Shown: positions 44,701 through 55,137 of the stretch, piece after piece
Layout: every line of letters begins with the position of its first letter
How positions within the stretch are numbered: the stretch's first letter is position 1
Assembly: GCF_056746865.1 (NCBI RefSeq)
Contig: NZ_CM163382.1
DNA length: 64,000 nucleotides
Strand: one strand, 5' to 3'
Notes under the pieces: model-generated
Seen by the model: only the letters and a program-made list of their open reading frames with translations
The model's database searches: none
What the model was told of the DNA's origin: nothing
Position numbers and translations under genes: made by a program

Positions 44701-44758
44701 GACCGAGCGCGTTGATAGCTATTAATGCACTCTATCAGCAACCTGTTTACCGGAGGTA

Positions 44759-44959
44759 TTGATGTTTGATTCACTGGCAAAAGCCGGAAAATATTTAGGT
44801 CAGGCGGCGAAACTGATGATTGGTATGCCTGATTACGACAACTATGTCGAACATATGCGGGTTAACCATCCCGATCAAACGCCGATGACCTACGAGGAGT
44901 TTTTCCGTGAGCGGCAGGACGCGCGCTACGGTGGAAAAGGCGGCGCGCGCTGCTGCTAA
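44759..44959 (+). CDS. ybdD: Small protein YbdD (DUF466)
   Basis: [65 protein letters not shown]; immediately downstream of cstA. Confidence 0.9.
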   Translation: MMFDSLAKAGKYLGQAAKLMIGMPDYDNYVEHMRVNHPDQTPMTYEEFFRERQDARYGGKGGARCC

Positions 44960-44968
44960 ATATGTACG

Positions 44969-46057
44969 TCAGGCTTTAAACGATTCCACTTTTTCGAACG
45001 CTGCACGCAACGTATCCGGTGTCAGCGTGACCGGCAGGTAATGAATGGATTCCACCGGACGCAAGGTGTGGGCAATCACTTTGTCGATCTCCGCCTGATT
45101 ATTGATATCCACTTCCAGCTCCGCCAGCGTAGTCGGCAGATGAAAACGCTGATACGCTCCAGTTAATTGCGCCAGCACATCATCCTGACCCAGCAAGGCG
45201 CTTTGCACCAGAATTCCGTAGGCGACTTTGGTGCCGTGGAGAAACTTCTCGGTTTGCGGCAGCACGGTCAGACCGTTATGCACGGCATGAGCTGCTGCCA
45301 CACGCGTAAAACGATCGCCCAGACCACCGACCATTCCACCTCCGGCAATAATCGCATCCACCACATCGCAAAATGATTGCGTTAACTGGTGATTTTGCTG
45401 ATCGGCAAGCGCCTGTTCGCTACTGTTTAACAAGACGTCGCGAATGGCCTGCGCATTATTGATCCCCAGTCGCACGGTTAGCGGCAACGTTTCTGGTTGC
45501 GGGGCCAGCACCACCGCTTCATACCATTTCGCCAGCGTGTCACCGATCCCCGCCAGCAGATATTCTTGCGGCGCATTGAGGATAATCTCTGGCTCCACCA
45601 GCACCATAAAATTGGCGTCGTCGAAAATCTCATAATGCAGCGCCTGTCCGGCATCGTTATACCAGACGGAGAGCGGTGTCCAGGCGGCGCAGGTGGCGGC
45701 GATCGTCGGAACGGCAACAAACGGCAGACCGAGACGGCGGGCGAGGGCTTTCGCGGTGTCGAGCAGTGCGCCGCCGCCGACGCCAATCACCACGCTGCGA
45801 TCGTCACCGGACTCAGCCGCCAGTTGTTGTACATCGCTTTCGCTGCAATGGCCGCGAAACAAAATATGCTTTGCCCCTGGCAGTTCAAACGCTGGCGGAA
45901 GTTTTGTTTGCGCCGCAGCAATGGCGCGTTCGCCGTAGATCCACACCGCGCGAGAAAGTTGTTCATCAGTGAAAAAATCGTGCAGGTGATTGAGACTGCC
46001 GGGATGTGAAAAGTAGTTAGCCGGGCCGACGACCACGCGGATAGGATTGTGAGGCAT
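44969..46057 (-). CDS. ybdH: YbdH, iron-containing alcohol dehydrogenase / glycerol dehydrogenase family oxidoreductase
   Basis: 362-aa ORF MPHNPIRVVVGPANYFSHPGSLNHLHDFFTDEQLSRAVWIYGERAIAAAQTKLPPAFELPGAKHILFRGHC... Confidence 0.93.
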   Translation of the reverse strand: MPHNPIRVVVGPANYFSHPGSLNHLHDFFTDEQLSRAVWIYGERAIAAAQTKLPPAFELPGAKHILFRGHCSESDVQQLAAESGDDRSVVIGVGGGALLDTAKALARRLGLPFVAVPTIAATCAAWTPLSVWYNDAGQALHYEIFDDANFMVLVEPEIILNAPQEYLLAGIGDTLAKWYEAVVLAPQPETLPLTVRLGINNAQAIRDVLLNSSEQALADQQNHQLTQSFCDVVDAIIAGGGMVGGLGDRFTRVAAAHAVHNGLTVLPQTEKFLHGTKVAYGILVQSALLGQDDVLAQLTGAYQRFHLPTTLAELEVDINNQAEIDKVIAHTLRPVESIHYLPVTLTPDTLRAAFEKVESFKA

Positions 46058-46164
46058 GTTGTGTTGTCCTTATTGTTTTATTTAGACATCTAAACGTCTT
46101 GATTGCCAAATACTAGCATCGTGTTATAGTGCCTTCAACACAACTTCGTCAGGCACAATAAAAA

Positions 46165-47325
46165 ATGACAAATAACCCTCTGATTCCACAAAGCAAACTT
46201 CCACAACTTGGCACCACTATTTTCACCCAGATGAGCGCGCTGGCGCAGCAACACCAGGCGATTAACCTTTCGCAAGGCTTTCCTGATTTTGATGGTCCGC
46301 GCTATTTGCAGGAGCGGCTGGCGTACCATGTTGACCAGGGGGCAAACCAATACGCGCCTATGACTGGCGTGCAGGCCTTGCGCGAGGCGATTGCTCAGAA
46401 AACGGAACGTCTGTATGGCTATCAACCGGATGCCGATAGTGATATCACCGTAACGGCAGGGGCGACGGAAGCGTTATATGCAGCGATTACCGCATTGGTG
46501 CGCAATGGTGATGAAGTGATCTGCTTTGATCCCAGCTATGACAGTTACGCGCCCGCCATCGCGCTTTCGGGGGGAATAGTGAAACGTATTGCACTGCAAC
46601 CACCGCATTTTCGCGTGGACTGGCAGGAATTTGCCGCATTGTTAAGCGAGCGCACCCGACTGGTGATCCTCAACACCCCGCATAACCCCAGTGCAACTGT
46701 CTGGCAGCAGGCTGATTTCGCCGCTTTGTGGCAGGCAATTGCCGGGCACGAGATTTTTGTCATTAGCGATGAAGTTTACGAGCACATCAACTTTTCACAA
46801 CAGGGCCATGCCAGCGTGCAGGCGCATCCGCAGCTGCGTGAGCGGGCGGTGGCAGTTTCTTCATTTGGCAAGACCTATCATATGACCGGCTGGAAAGTGG
46901 GTTATTGCGTTGCGCCAGCGCCCATCAGTGCCGAAATTCGCAAGGTACATCAGTATCTGACCTTTTCGGTGAATACCCCGGCACAGCTGGCGCTTGCCGA
47001 TATGCTACGTGCAGAACCTGAGCATTATCTTGCGTTACCGGACTTTTATCGCCAGAAGCGCGATATTCTGGTGAATGCCTTAAATGAAAGCCGGCTGGAG
47101 ATTTTACCGTGCGAAGGTACATACTTTTTGCTGGTGGATTACAGCGCCGTATCTACCCTGGATGACGTTGAGTTTTGCCAGTGGCTGACGCAGGAGCACG
47201 GCGTAGCGGCGATTCCGCTATCGGTGTTTTGCGCCGATCCCTTCCCACATAAACTGATTCGTCTCTGTTTTGCCAAGAAGGAATCGACGTTGCTGGCAGC
47301 AGCTGAACGCCTGCGCCAGCTTTAG
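46165..47325 (+). CDS. ybdL: Methionine aminotransferase YbdL (PLP-dependent)
   Basis: 386-aa ORF MTNNPLIPQSKLPQLGTTIFTQMSALAQQHQAINLSQGFPDFDGPRYLQERLAYHVDQGANQYAPMTGVQALREAIA... Confidence 0.95.
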   Translation: MTNNPLIPQSKLPQLGTTIFTQMSALAQQHQAINLSQGFPDFDGPRYLQERLAYHVDQGANQYAPMTGVQALREAIAQKTERLYGYQPDADSDITVTAGATEALYAAITALVRNGDEVICFDPSYDSYAPAIALSGGIVKRIALQPPHFRVDWQEFAALLSERTRLVILNTPHNPSATVWQQADFAALWQAIAGHEIFVISDEVYEHINFSQQGHASVQAHPQLRERAVAVSSFGKTYHMTGWKVGYCVAPAPISAEIRKVHQYLTFSVNTPAQLALADMLRAEPEHYLALPDFYRQKRDILVNALNESRLEILPCEGTYFLLVDYSAVSTLDDVEFCQWLTQEHGVAAIPLSVFCADPFPHKLIRLCFAKKESTLLAAAERLRQL

Positions 47326-47955
47326 CTATTTAACCGTCCAGGCGCGGGAATATTGACGGTCGGCAAACAACTCTTGCAGGCCGTTAATTTGCTTCAGGCG
47401 TAGCACTTCGTCGCTGTCCATTCCCAGCTCTTTGCCAATTTTATTATCGTCCCATCCCAACTGGCTGAGTTCACGGACGATTTCTGACATGGCAGTGATT
47501 TGGTGACGTCCACGAGCGCGGTTATGACGAATAGTCGCGGCGATGCGTTGATTACGCGTACCTTCCAGACAGGTCACCGGCAAATAACCTTTTAAGCGTA
47601 ATTTTAACGATGATGAGCCTTTACCAATTTCATGGCGGTGAAAACCATCCACGATTTCCAGGGCATTTTTATCCGTATGCGTGACCACAATGGGTTGGGT
47701 AAAACCATCTATTTCAATGGATTTTTTCAGCAGTTTTTTTTCGGGTGGTGCCACGTTGTTTGGGTTGTAATCATTAGGCATAAGTTGGCTGTTTTTAACC
47801 CACAGAACGCAATCCACTGGCTCTTCTCGAAAGGGGCTAACCTGATGGATCGCCATGCGGATTTCATTAATCGCTTTGATGCGATCGTCTTCCGGCAAGC
47901 TGGCGAGAAATTGGGTTAAATCCTGCGTTAATCGTTGTTGCATAGTATCCCCCAT
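47326..47955 (-). CDS. ybdM: YbdM, ParB/Srx-like nuclease-domain protein
   Basis: 209-aa ORF MGDTMQQRLTQDLTQFLASLPEDDRIKAINEIRMAIHQVSPFREEPVDCVLWVKNSQLMPNDYNPNNVAPPEKKLLKKSIEIDGFTQPIVV... Confidence 0.9.
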   Translation of the reverse strand: MGDTMQQRLTQDLTQFLASLPEDDRIKAINEIRMAIHQVSPFREEPVDCVLWVKNSQLMPNDYNPNNVAPPEKKLLKKSIEIDGFTQPIVVTHTDKNALEIVDGFHRHEIGKGSSSLKLRLKGYLPVTCLEGTRNQRIAATIRHNRARGRHQITAMSEIVRELSQLGWDDNKIGKELGMDSDEVLRLKQINGLQELFADRQYSRAWTVK

Positions 47956-49148
47956 TCCTGACGTTTTCCTTTTATTCGTTCGTTATAACGCTGATAGTTC
48001 TTCGCTTTGGTCGGGCTAAATGATAATGCCCGACACCAGTAATCGTTATTGAGTAAAACTTTGCATATTCGCCGCCAGGAGGGGATATCTTTCGCGCCAA
48101 TGTCCCCTTGCTGGGTTTGTGGAACCTCGATGCCTTTTTTCTGATACCAGTGCAAATAAATGGCGATTTTATTGCGATAATGCTCAGCTGTTTTCTCCGG
48201 CATGCTGTTGAGTAGCAATAATGCATACTCCTGCCAGTCTAAATGTTCGGGCTTGAGGATTTTCCGATGACCATAAAAATGGTTGTCATGTCCGGCGTAA
48301 ATGCCGCCACTTTTTACCCCGCTGACTCGTGCGCACATAGCAGCCCAGCGATCCGGTTCGATAACGTGATAGAGCCATAATCCTTGCCGTTGTTCCGGAC
48401 CAAAAGGTTCGCAAATTCGCATATGACGTAGAGGAACGCCTGCCTGATACATTATATTATACAGTGGGTTACAGAGGCGTTGATGGCTAGCATACCAGGT
48501 CCAGATATCAGCGACTTTCCAGTCGTAGATGGGGTAAATGTACCAGCTATGACCGCCTGGTGCGGCAGTAGTCCAGGGCTTATCATCGGCAAAACGTTGT
48601 TTATTTAAACTGGCGATGGCGACAAAACGGTTGTAGGACTCATCCGCACGGATGCCGATCATCATCGCCGCCGGACGTTTTTGCGAAAACCATTCGGCAA
48701 ACTCACGCACAAATTGTTCGAAGGTCATGCCAGGCTGGTAAAAGGAGAAAAAGTCAGGATCGGTTATCGCATCTTGCGGGGGCTGACGTACCCATTCGAC
48801 ATCAGGTTCCCAGCACTGCCATTCGGGTTGGTATTGTGATAGGGAATTTTGCGTTGTAAGCGGGAGCGCAATCCAGTAAAACTCTTCGATGACATCGGTG
48901 TACAACTCGCGCAGAGACTGAACATAGTTAATGGTGCAAGAGAACTGAGCTTCCCAGTCGATAAATAAAACACAAATTTTTTTGCCCATTTGTCGGGCAA
49001 GTTCGGCGGTCAGATGCAGCATTAATCCGGAATCTTTACCACCCGAAAAAGAAACGCAGACGCGGGGTAGGGTGTTAAGTGTCCAGGTAATACGTTCTTT
49101 TGCAGCTTCCAGAATATTCAGTGGAAGCGGGATTTTATAAATAGACAT
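47928..49148 (-). CDS. ybdN: YbdN, PAPS reductase-like (adenine nucleotide alpha hydrolase) domain protein
   Basis: 406-aa ORF MSIYKIPLPLNILEAAKERITWTLNTLPRVCVSFSGGKDSGLMLHLTAELARQMGKKICVLFIDWEAQF... with the PP-loop motif SFSGGKDS; 3' end overlaps the ybdM start by 28 bp. Confidence 0.9.
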   Translation of the reverse strand: MSIYKIPLPLNILEAAKERITWTLNTLPRVCVSFSGGKDSGLMLHLTAELARQMGKKICVLFIDWEAQFSCTINYVQSLRELYTDVIEEFYWIALPLTTQNSLSQYQPEWQCWEPDVEWVRQPPQDAITDPDFFSFYQPGMTFEQFVREFAEWFSQKRPAAMMIGIRADESYNRFVAIASLNKQRFADDKPWTTAAPGGHSWYIYPIYDWKVADIWTWYASHQRLCNPLYNIMYQAGVPLRHMRICEPFGPEQRQGLWLYHVIEPDRWAAMCARVSGVKSGGIYAGHDNHFYGHRKILKPEHLDWQEYALLLLNSMPEKTAEHYRNKIAIYLHWYQKKGIEVPQTQQGDIGAKDIPSWRRICKVLLNNDYWCRALSFSPTKAKNYQRYNERIKGKRQEWGILCNND

Positions 49149-49294
49149 CTGAAAACGCTCTCTGAACGTTACGGGGTGACTCGTGAGATGAATCCGTTAA
49201 TTATAGGGTAAACGAAGCAAGATAGAGCACATTATTTTATATTCACACAATGAATTAATTGATGCGTAATATAACATTTATCCGTGGTAATAAA

Positions 49295-50197
49295 TCAGAA
49301 GCTATCATTTAAACGATCTATGAATCGTGAGAAGACAAGGTTGTTCAACGAAGCCTTGTTATAGGAAATATAAAGTTTAACCGCAGGAAGTGGTCGTTCC
49401 AGTTTTATCTCTTGTAACTTCAAAAAATCACGATGTAAATCGTACAGTTCGGTGGGCACAATGCCCAATAAGTCAGTAACAGAAATACTATTAATTATCG
49501 TCAACAAAGAAGAACTGCGAAATGAAACTTTACGGTTCATAAAACGTTCATCTATGTCCATTTGAATTTCGTCAATCCCTGCTGATTTAGATATCAACAA
49601 GGTGAATTCTTCGGCGATAATTTGTTCATAGTTACTGGTATCGGTAATACGAGGATGTTTGTTGCTACATATAAGAGAATTGCGAATAGTATGTAACGGC
49701 ATGCAGATGACAGAGCGGCTAATTACTGGTTGTAGTGTAATTGCCAGGTCAGTTTTGCGTTGAACCAACAGTTCTTCGGCATTTTCAGCTGAAAGCAGTA
49801 TGTCATGGCATTCTATATCGATTGAAGTATCTTGTCTAAGACAGCGGATTAGCATGTTGTTATTAGTACAAGAAATAAGCTGAGGACCGTAGATAATAAA
49901 ATTTTTCTTTAGCTCAGACTTATTAACAATATTGATCGTTTGTTCAATGCCTCTGAGATTTTTCTCAAGATGATGATGCAGATTTAACCCTGTCGTAGTC
50001 GGCGCGATACCTTTCCCTGAGCGAATGAATAACGGGTCATTAAATTGCGCACGTAAACGTTGTAACGACTGACTAACAGCAGAGGGCGTTATATATAATG
50101 ATTCTGCCGCTTTACTAATGCTGAGATGTTGATAAATACACTCAAATATGACCAGTAAATTCAGATCAAATTTTTTTAGGTCATAAAGATTCGCCAT
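49295..50197 (-). CDS. ybdO: LysR-family transcriptional regulator YbdO
   Basis: Translation MANLYDLKKFDLNLLVIFECIYQHLSISKAAESLYITPSAVSQSLQRLRAQFNDPLFIRSGKGIAPTTTG... (HTH plus LysR substrate-binding domain); AT-rich gene. Confidence 0.9.
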   Translation of the reverse strand: MANLYDLKKFDLNLLVIFECIYQHLSISKAAESLYITPSAVSQSLQRLRAQFNDPLFIRSGKGIAPTTTGLNLHHHLEKNLRGIEQTINIVNKSELKKNFIIYGPQLISCTNNNMLIRCLRQDTSIDIECHDILLSAENAEELLVQRKTDLAITLQPVISRSVICMPLHTIRNSLICSNKHPRITDTSNYEQIIAEEFTLLISKSAGIDEIQMDIDERFMNRKVSFRSSSLLTIINSISVTDLLGIVPTELYDLHRDFLKLQEIKLERPLPAVKLYISYNKASLNNLVFSRFIDRLNDSF

Positions 50198-50404
50198 AAC
50201 ATACTCCGTTATATTATCTCTTCTATAAATCATTCATTTGTTCAATAATGTTGCTGTTGTATTTATTTGTATTATGTTTTTTTGCTTAACTCAGAATTAA
50301 GTTTTTCTAAAATAGCACAGCCACTTAGGGCAGAGCGAGCAATTCATGCTTTTTTAGGATGGTTGAAAAATAGGGATATATTTCAACCATCCATGAATTA
50401 TCTT

Positions 50405-51151
50405 TTATTTATTCCCCATAATGATATTAAGCGTTTTCTGATCGGGCAACCCCACGGCCTGTTGCAGTGTATTTTCCTTACTCATGTAGTAGATAGCTGG
50501 TGTGACATTTGCCCCCAGATCGTCCATCAGTTTCTCGTTGTCGCTTAACACTTTCATTTGCTCTGTACTTACGTTTGCAGGCACGTTTAGCTTAAGCTTG
50601 CCACCAGAGGCTTCATATTCTTGCCAGGTTTTTGCGGGATCTTTGGAGGCAAGAATTGCCGCTGCTGTCGCCGGGCTTTCTGGCTTGATAACGCCAACCA
50701 ACAATGTTCTTAATTGCACTTTGCCAGAATCAACCCACGGGCGAGCCTGCTGCCAGAACTGTTTACAATATGGGCAGAACGGATCGGCGAAGACGTAGAC
50801 AATGACCGGCGCGTCTTTTTTACCGTCGAGGAGCCAGTGGGATTGTTCCATCCGTTGCCACATTTCGCGCCCGGCTGGTGCGTAAATTTCTTTTTCGATA
50901 AGTGTGTTACTCAGGTTTTCACCTTTCTCGTTGTACATGTAACCGGAGATAGCGTGCTTACCATCTGGAGTCAGGTAGATGGTGACGCCCATATCCTGAT
51001 ACTTGCCGAGATAACCTTTCATTCCTCCGGGAGCATCGAACGTTTTGATGATTGTAATGCCCTGTTTTTCAATCGCTTTTACTGGATCAGGAAGTTCCTC
51101 TGCGAAGGCGATTGCAGGAAGCAGAGCCAGTAAAAGTATCTTTTTTAACAT
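50405..51151 (-). CDS. dsbG: Periplasmic thiol:disulfide interchange protein DsbG
   Basis: Translation [75 protein letters not shown]... with the CPYC active site. Confidence 0.95.
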   Translation of the reverse strand: MLKKILLLALLPAIAFAEELPDPVKAIEKQGITIIKTFDAPGGMKGYLGKYQDMGVTIYLTPDGKHAISGYMYNEKGENLSNTLIEKEIYAPAGREMWQRMEQSHWLLDGKKDAPVIVYVFADPFCPYCKQFWQQARPWVDSGKVQLRTLLVGVIKPESPATAAAILASKDPAKTWQEYEASGGKLKLNVPANVSTEQMKVLSDNEKLMDDLGANVTPAIYYMSKENTLQQAVGLPDQKTLNIIMGNK

Positions 51152-51522
51152 TAATTTGTCCTTTTCAGTCAGTGCAAAAGTCGGGTAAAAGGCATAACCT
51201 ATCACTGTCATAGGTAAGAGCTTAGATCAGGTGATTGCCCTTTGTTTATGAGGGTGTTGTAATCCATGTCGTTGTTGCATTTGTAAGGGCAACACCTCAG
51301 CCTGCAGGCAGGCGCTGAAGATACCAAAGGGTAGTTCAGATTACACGGTCACCTGGAAAGGGGGCCATTTTACTTTTTATCGCCGCTGGCGGTGCAAAGT
51401 TCACAAAGTTGTCTTACGAAGGTTGTAAGGTAAAACTTATCGATTTGATAATGGAAACGCATTAGCCGAATCGGCAAAAATTGGTTACCTTACATCTCAT
51501 CGAAAACACGGAGGAAGTATAG

Positions 51523-52086
51523 ATGTCCTTGATTAACACCAAAATTAAACCTTTTAAAAACCAGGCATTCAAAAACGGCGAATTCATCGAAATCACCGAA
51601 AAAGATACCGAAGGCCGCTGGAGCGTCTTCTTCTTCTACCCGGCTGACTTTACTTTCGTATGCCCGACCGAACTGGGTGACGTTGCTGACCACTACGAAG
51701 AACTGCAGAAACTGGGCGTAGACGTATACGCAGTATCTACCGATACTCACTTCACCCACAAAGCATGGCACAGCAGCTCTGAAACCATCGCTAAAATCAA
51801 ATATGCGATGATCGGCGACCCGACTGGCGCCCTGACCCGTAACTTCGACAACATGCGTGAAGATGAAGGTCTGGCTGACCGTGCGACCTTCGTTGTTGAC
51901 CCGCAGGGTATCATCCAGGCAATCGAAGTTACCGCTGAAGGCATTGGCCGTGACGCGTCTGACCTGCTGCGTAAAATCAAAGCAGCACAGTACGTAGCTT
52001 CTCACCCAGGTGAAGTTTGCCCGGCTAAATGGAAAGAAGGTGAAGCAACTCTGGCTCCGTCTCTGGACCTGGTTGGTAAAATCTAA
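51523..52086 (+). CDS. ahpC: Alkyl hydroperoxide reductase peroxiredoxin AhpC
   Basis: 187-aa [86 protein letters not shown]... Confidence 0.98.
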   Translation: MSLINTKIKPFKNQAFKNGEFIEITEKDTEGRWSVFFFYPADFTFVCPTELGDVADHYEELQKLGVDVYAVSTDTHFTHKAWHSSSETIAKIKYAMIGDPTGALTRNFDNMREDEGLADRATFVVDPQGIIQAIEVTAEGIGRDASDLLRKIKAAQYVASHPGEVCPAKWKEGEATLAPSLDLVGKI

Positions 52087-52150
52087 ATTTCCTTCGTCTT
52101 TCGCGCTACCAACTCCGGCGCGAAATACTTCGGAAATTCACCTAATTCTT

Positions 52151-52177
52151 CGGGTGCTGCGGCACCCGATTTTCTTC
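52151..52177 (+). terminator. Putative partial terminator or attenuator hairpin between ahpC and ahpF
   Basis: Stem cgggtgc / gcacccg with a 4-nt loop, followed by a T-rich stretch (attttcttcc). Confidence 0.5.
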
Positions 52178-52256
52178 CCCGCACCATGATGCAAGCTGCA
52201 TCCAGGTAGCCGCAGAGGCCGCTTGCATGATGATGTTTAAAGCCCAGGAGATAAAC

Positions 52257-53822
52257 ATGCTCGACACAAATATGAAAACTCAACTCAAGGCTTACCTTGA
52301 GAAATTGACCAAGCCTGTTGAGTTAATTGCCACGCTGGATGACAGCGCTAAATCGGCAGAAATCAAGGAACTGTTGGCTGAAATCGCAGAACTGTCAGAC
52401 AAAGTCACCTTTAAAGAAGATAACAGCTTGCCGGTGCGTAAGCCGTCTTTCCTGATCACTAACCCAGGTTCCAACCAGGGGCCACGTTTTGCAGGTTCCC
52501 CGCTGGGCCACGAGTTTACCTCGCTGGTACTGGCGTTGTTGTGGACCGGTGGTCATCCGTCGAAAGAAGCGCAGTCTCTGCTGGAGCAGATTCGCCATAT
52601 TGACGGTGATTTTGAATTCGAAACCTATTACTCGCTCTCTTGCCACAACTGCCCGGATGTGGTGCAGGCGCTGAATCTGATGAGCGTACTGAACCCGCGC
52701 ATCAAGCACACTGCAATTGACGGCGGCACCTTCCAGAACGAAATCACCGATCGCAACGTGATGGGCGTTCCGGCAGTGTTCGTAAACGGGAAAGAGTTTG
52801 GTCAGGGTCGCATGACGTTGACTGAAATCGTCGCCAAAATTGATACTGGCGCGGAAAAACGTGCGGCAGAAGAGCTGAACAAGCGTGATGCTTATGACGT
52901 ATTAATCGTCGGTTCCGGCCCGGCGGGTGCAGCGGCAGCAATTTACTCCGCACGTAAAGGCATCCGTACCGGTCTGATGGGCGAACGTTTTGGTGGTCAG
53001 ATCCTCGATACCGTTGATATCGAAAACTACATTTCTGTACCGAAGACCGAAGGCCAGAAACTGGCAGGTGCGCTGAAAGTTCACGTTGATGAATACGACG
53101 TTGATGTGATCGACAGCCAGAGCGCCAGCAAACTGATCCCGGCAGCGGTTGAAGGTGGCCTGCATCAGATTGAAACAGCTTCTGGCGCGGTACTGAAAGC
53201 ACGCAGCATTATCGTGGCGACCGGTGCAAAATGGCGCAACATGAACGTTCCGGGCGAAGATCAGTATCGCACCAAAGGCGTGACCTACTGCCCGCACTGC
53301 GACGGCCCGCTGTTTAAAGGTAAACGCGTAGCGGTTATCGGCGGCGGTAACTCCGGCGTGGAAGCGGCAATTGACCTGGCGGGTATCGTTGAGCACGTAA
53401 CGCTGCTGGAATTTGCGCCAGAAATGAAAGCCGACCAGGTTCTGCAGGACAAACTGCGCAGCCTGAAAAACGTCGAAATTATTCTGAATGCGCAAACCAC
53501 GGAAGTGAAAGGCGACGGCAGCAAAGTCGTTGGTCTGGAATATCGCGATCGTGTCAGCGGCGATATTCACAACATCGAACTGGCCGGTATTTTCGTGCAG
53601 ATTGGTCTGCTGCCGAACACCAACTGGCTCGAAGGCGCAGTCGAACGTAACCGCATGGGCGAGATTATCATTGATGCGAAATGCGAAACCAACGTGAAAG
53701 GCGTGTTCGCAGCGGGTGACTGTACAACGGTTCCGTACAAGCAGATCATCATCGCCACTGGCGAAGGTGCCAAAGCCTCTCTGAGTGCTTTTGACTACCT
53801 GATTCGCACCAAAACAGCATAA
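52257..53822 (+). CDS. ahpF: Alkyl hydroperoxide reductase flavoprotein AhpF
   Basis: Translation [71 protein letters not shown]...; redox-active CHNC and CPHC motifs. Confidence 0.97.
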   Translation: MLDTNMKTQLKAYLEKLTKPVELIATLDDSAKSAEIKELLAEIAELSDKVTFKEDNSLPVRKPSFLITNPGSNQGPRFAGSPLGHEFTSLVLALLWTGGHPSKEAQSLLEQIRHIDGDFEFETYYSLSCHNCPDVVQALNLMSVLNPRIKHTAIDGGTFQNEITDRNVMGVPAVFVNGKEFGQGRMTLTEIVAKIDTGAEKRAAEELNKRDAYDVLIVGSGPAGAAAAIYSARKGIRTGLMGERFGGQILDTVDIENYISVPKTEGQKLAGALKVHVDEYDVDVIDSQSASKLIPAAVEGGLHQIETASGAVLKARSIIVATGAKWRNMNVPGEDQYRTKGVTYCPHCDGPLFKGKRVAVIGGGNSGVEAAIDLAGIVEHVTLLEFAPEMKADQVLQDKLRSLKNVEIILNAQTTEVKGDGSKVVGLEYRDRVSGDIHNIELAGIFVQIGLLPNTNWLEGAVERNRMGEIIIDAKCETNVKGVFAAGDCTTVPYKQIIIATGEGAKASLSAFDYLIRTKTA

Positions 53823-53851
53823 GAAGAAGTAAGATTCACCTGCAATTGCTT

Positions 53852-53882
53852 AGCCGCCGGGGTCAAACCTGGCGGCTTTTTT
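53852..53882 (+). terminator. Rho-independent terminator of ahpF
   Basis: Hairpin agccgccgg...ccggcggct followed by tttttt. Confidence 0.75.
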
Positions 53883-53887
53883 ATGGC

Positions 53888-53933
53888 AATAAAAAGCCCC
53901 GCCGGGATGGCTCCGGGCAGGGCGGGATATTTA
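53888..53933 (-). terminator. Putative rho-independent terminator of uspG
   Basis: GC-rich hairpin (gccccgccgggatggctccgggcagggcggg) with an A run on the plus strand, giving a U run on the minus-strand transcript, just downstream of the uspG stop. Confidence 0.55.
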
Positions 53934-53942
53934 TTCTGGCAA

Positions 53943-54371
53943 TTAACGCACAACCAGCACCGGCAGATTGGCGTGGCGGATCACGCTCGAGGCGTTAGAA
54001 CCTAACAGATGGGTCGAAATCGATGGGTTGCGAGAACCGATAACTACAACATCAGCCCCCAGTTCTTCTGCCAACTCATTGACTTCATCCCGCACGCTAC
54101 CAAAACGGACATGTTGCTTAATGCGGGAAGGATCGATGGTGAAGTGGCTGACCATCGTTTGCAGACGTTCTTCTGCTTCATGTTGCAGATGCTCTTCAAA
54201 ACGACGCACATCAGCGGCAAAACGGTGCAGGCTCAGGCTGGCTGACCCGGGTAGTACGTGAAGTAGATGAATAACTCCGTCATCCTGGGCGAGGAATTCA
54301 GCGTGGCGAACAGCTTTGTCGCTCAATTCCATTTCGAAAACATCCACTGGCATGATGATTGTCTTGTACAT
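53943..54371 (-). CDS. uspG: Universal stress protein UspG (YbdQ)
   Basis: Translation [81 protein letters not shown]... ; start at the internal Met. Confidence 0.93.
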   Translation of the reverse strand: MYKTIIMPVDVFEMELSDKAVRHAEFLAQDDGVIHLLHVLPGSASLSLHRFAADVRRFEEHLQHEAEERLQTMVSHFTIDPSRIKQHVRFGSVRDEVNELAEELGADVVVIGSRNPSISTHLLGSNASSVIRHANLPVLVVR

Positions 54372-54494
54372 AAGCATTCTCTCCTTGTTTTTGCATGTAT
54401 ACATAACAGCACATTATTGGTTATGAATCTATGATTTGCGAGGCTGATTTGATCTGAATTTGCTATTGAGCTGGAAAATAAATAAAACCAGGCG

Positions 54495-54584
54495 CTACCA
54501 GCGTTGTTCAAGGTATAGCACTGCAGCAACAATAATCGCGGCTATGAATATATAAAATGCAGTGATACCGAGAGCTTCGCTCAT
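54495..54584 (-). CDS. Candidate small hydrophobic protein (29 aa), not in the supplied ORF track
   Basis: ATG-initiated minus-strand ORF MSEALGITAFYIFIAAIIVAAVLYLEQRW: one predicted transmembrane helix and a charged C-terminal tail; weak Shine-Dalgarno sequence; sits in the uspG-rnk intergenic region. Confidence 0.25.
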   Translation of the reverse strand: MSEALGITAFYIFIAAIIVAAVLYLEQRW

Positions 54585-54726
54585 ATGAGGTTCCGCAGAT
54601 GAATAACCAGTTCAGATTAGAATGCTGCGCTTAAGAGCAAAATGATAAATCTGGTTGATATTTGAGCGAAAAGAGGATGCGAGTGCATCCTCTGGGCAAA
54701 GCGAGTTATCGCTTGTGCAGATGGGA

Positions 54727-55137
54727 TTAAAGCAGGTAGTCGCCAGCAGCTTCTGGCTGGTATTCGAGTTCCAGCACTTCAAGGTGGGTTGCAACGCCGC
54801 CCGGAAGTTCCCAGTGAATGGAATCGCCAACGCGCAGCCCCAGCAGTGCGGCACCTACCGGAGCCATAACGGAAAGCTGAGTATTGCTGTCGGTCATTTT
54901 TGCCGGATACACCAGCGTGCGCACACGCACTTCGCCATCGCTAAGATTGCGGAATTTAACCCGGCTGTTCATTGTCACCACGTCGTGTGGCATCTCTTCT
55001 GGCGAACACATTTGGGCGCGATCCAACTCTGCGTTTAACGCGTCGGCGATTGGCAAACCAGCATAGGCGGGTTGCTCCAGCAGAATATCGATGCGTTCGG
55101 CATCCAGGTCGTTAATGATGATAGTTGGTCTGGACAT
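54727..55137 (-). CDS. rnk: Regulator of nucleoside diphosphate kinase Rnk (GreA/GreB-like)
   Basis: 136-aa [83 protein letters not shown]... Confidence 0.95.

Noticed and set aside
52902-53570. Antisense ORFs within ahpF (222 aa and others) and within fepA, cstA, ybdH, citF and citE
   Set aside because: All sit inside strongly supported genes on the opposite strand and have no recognisable domains; treated as spurious frames.
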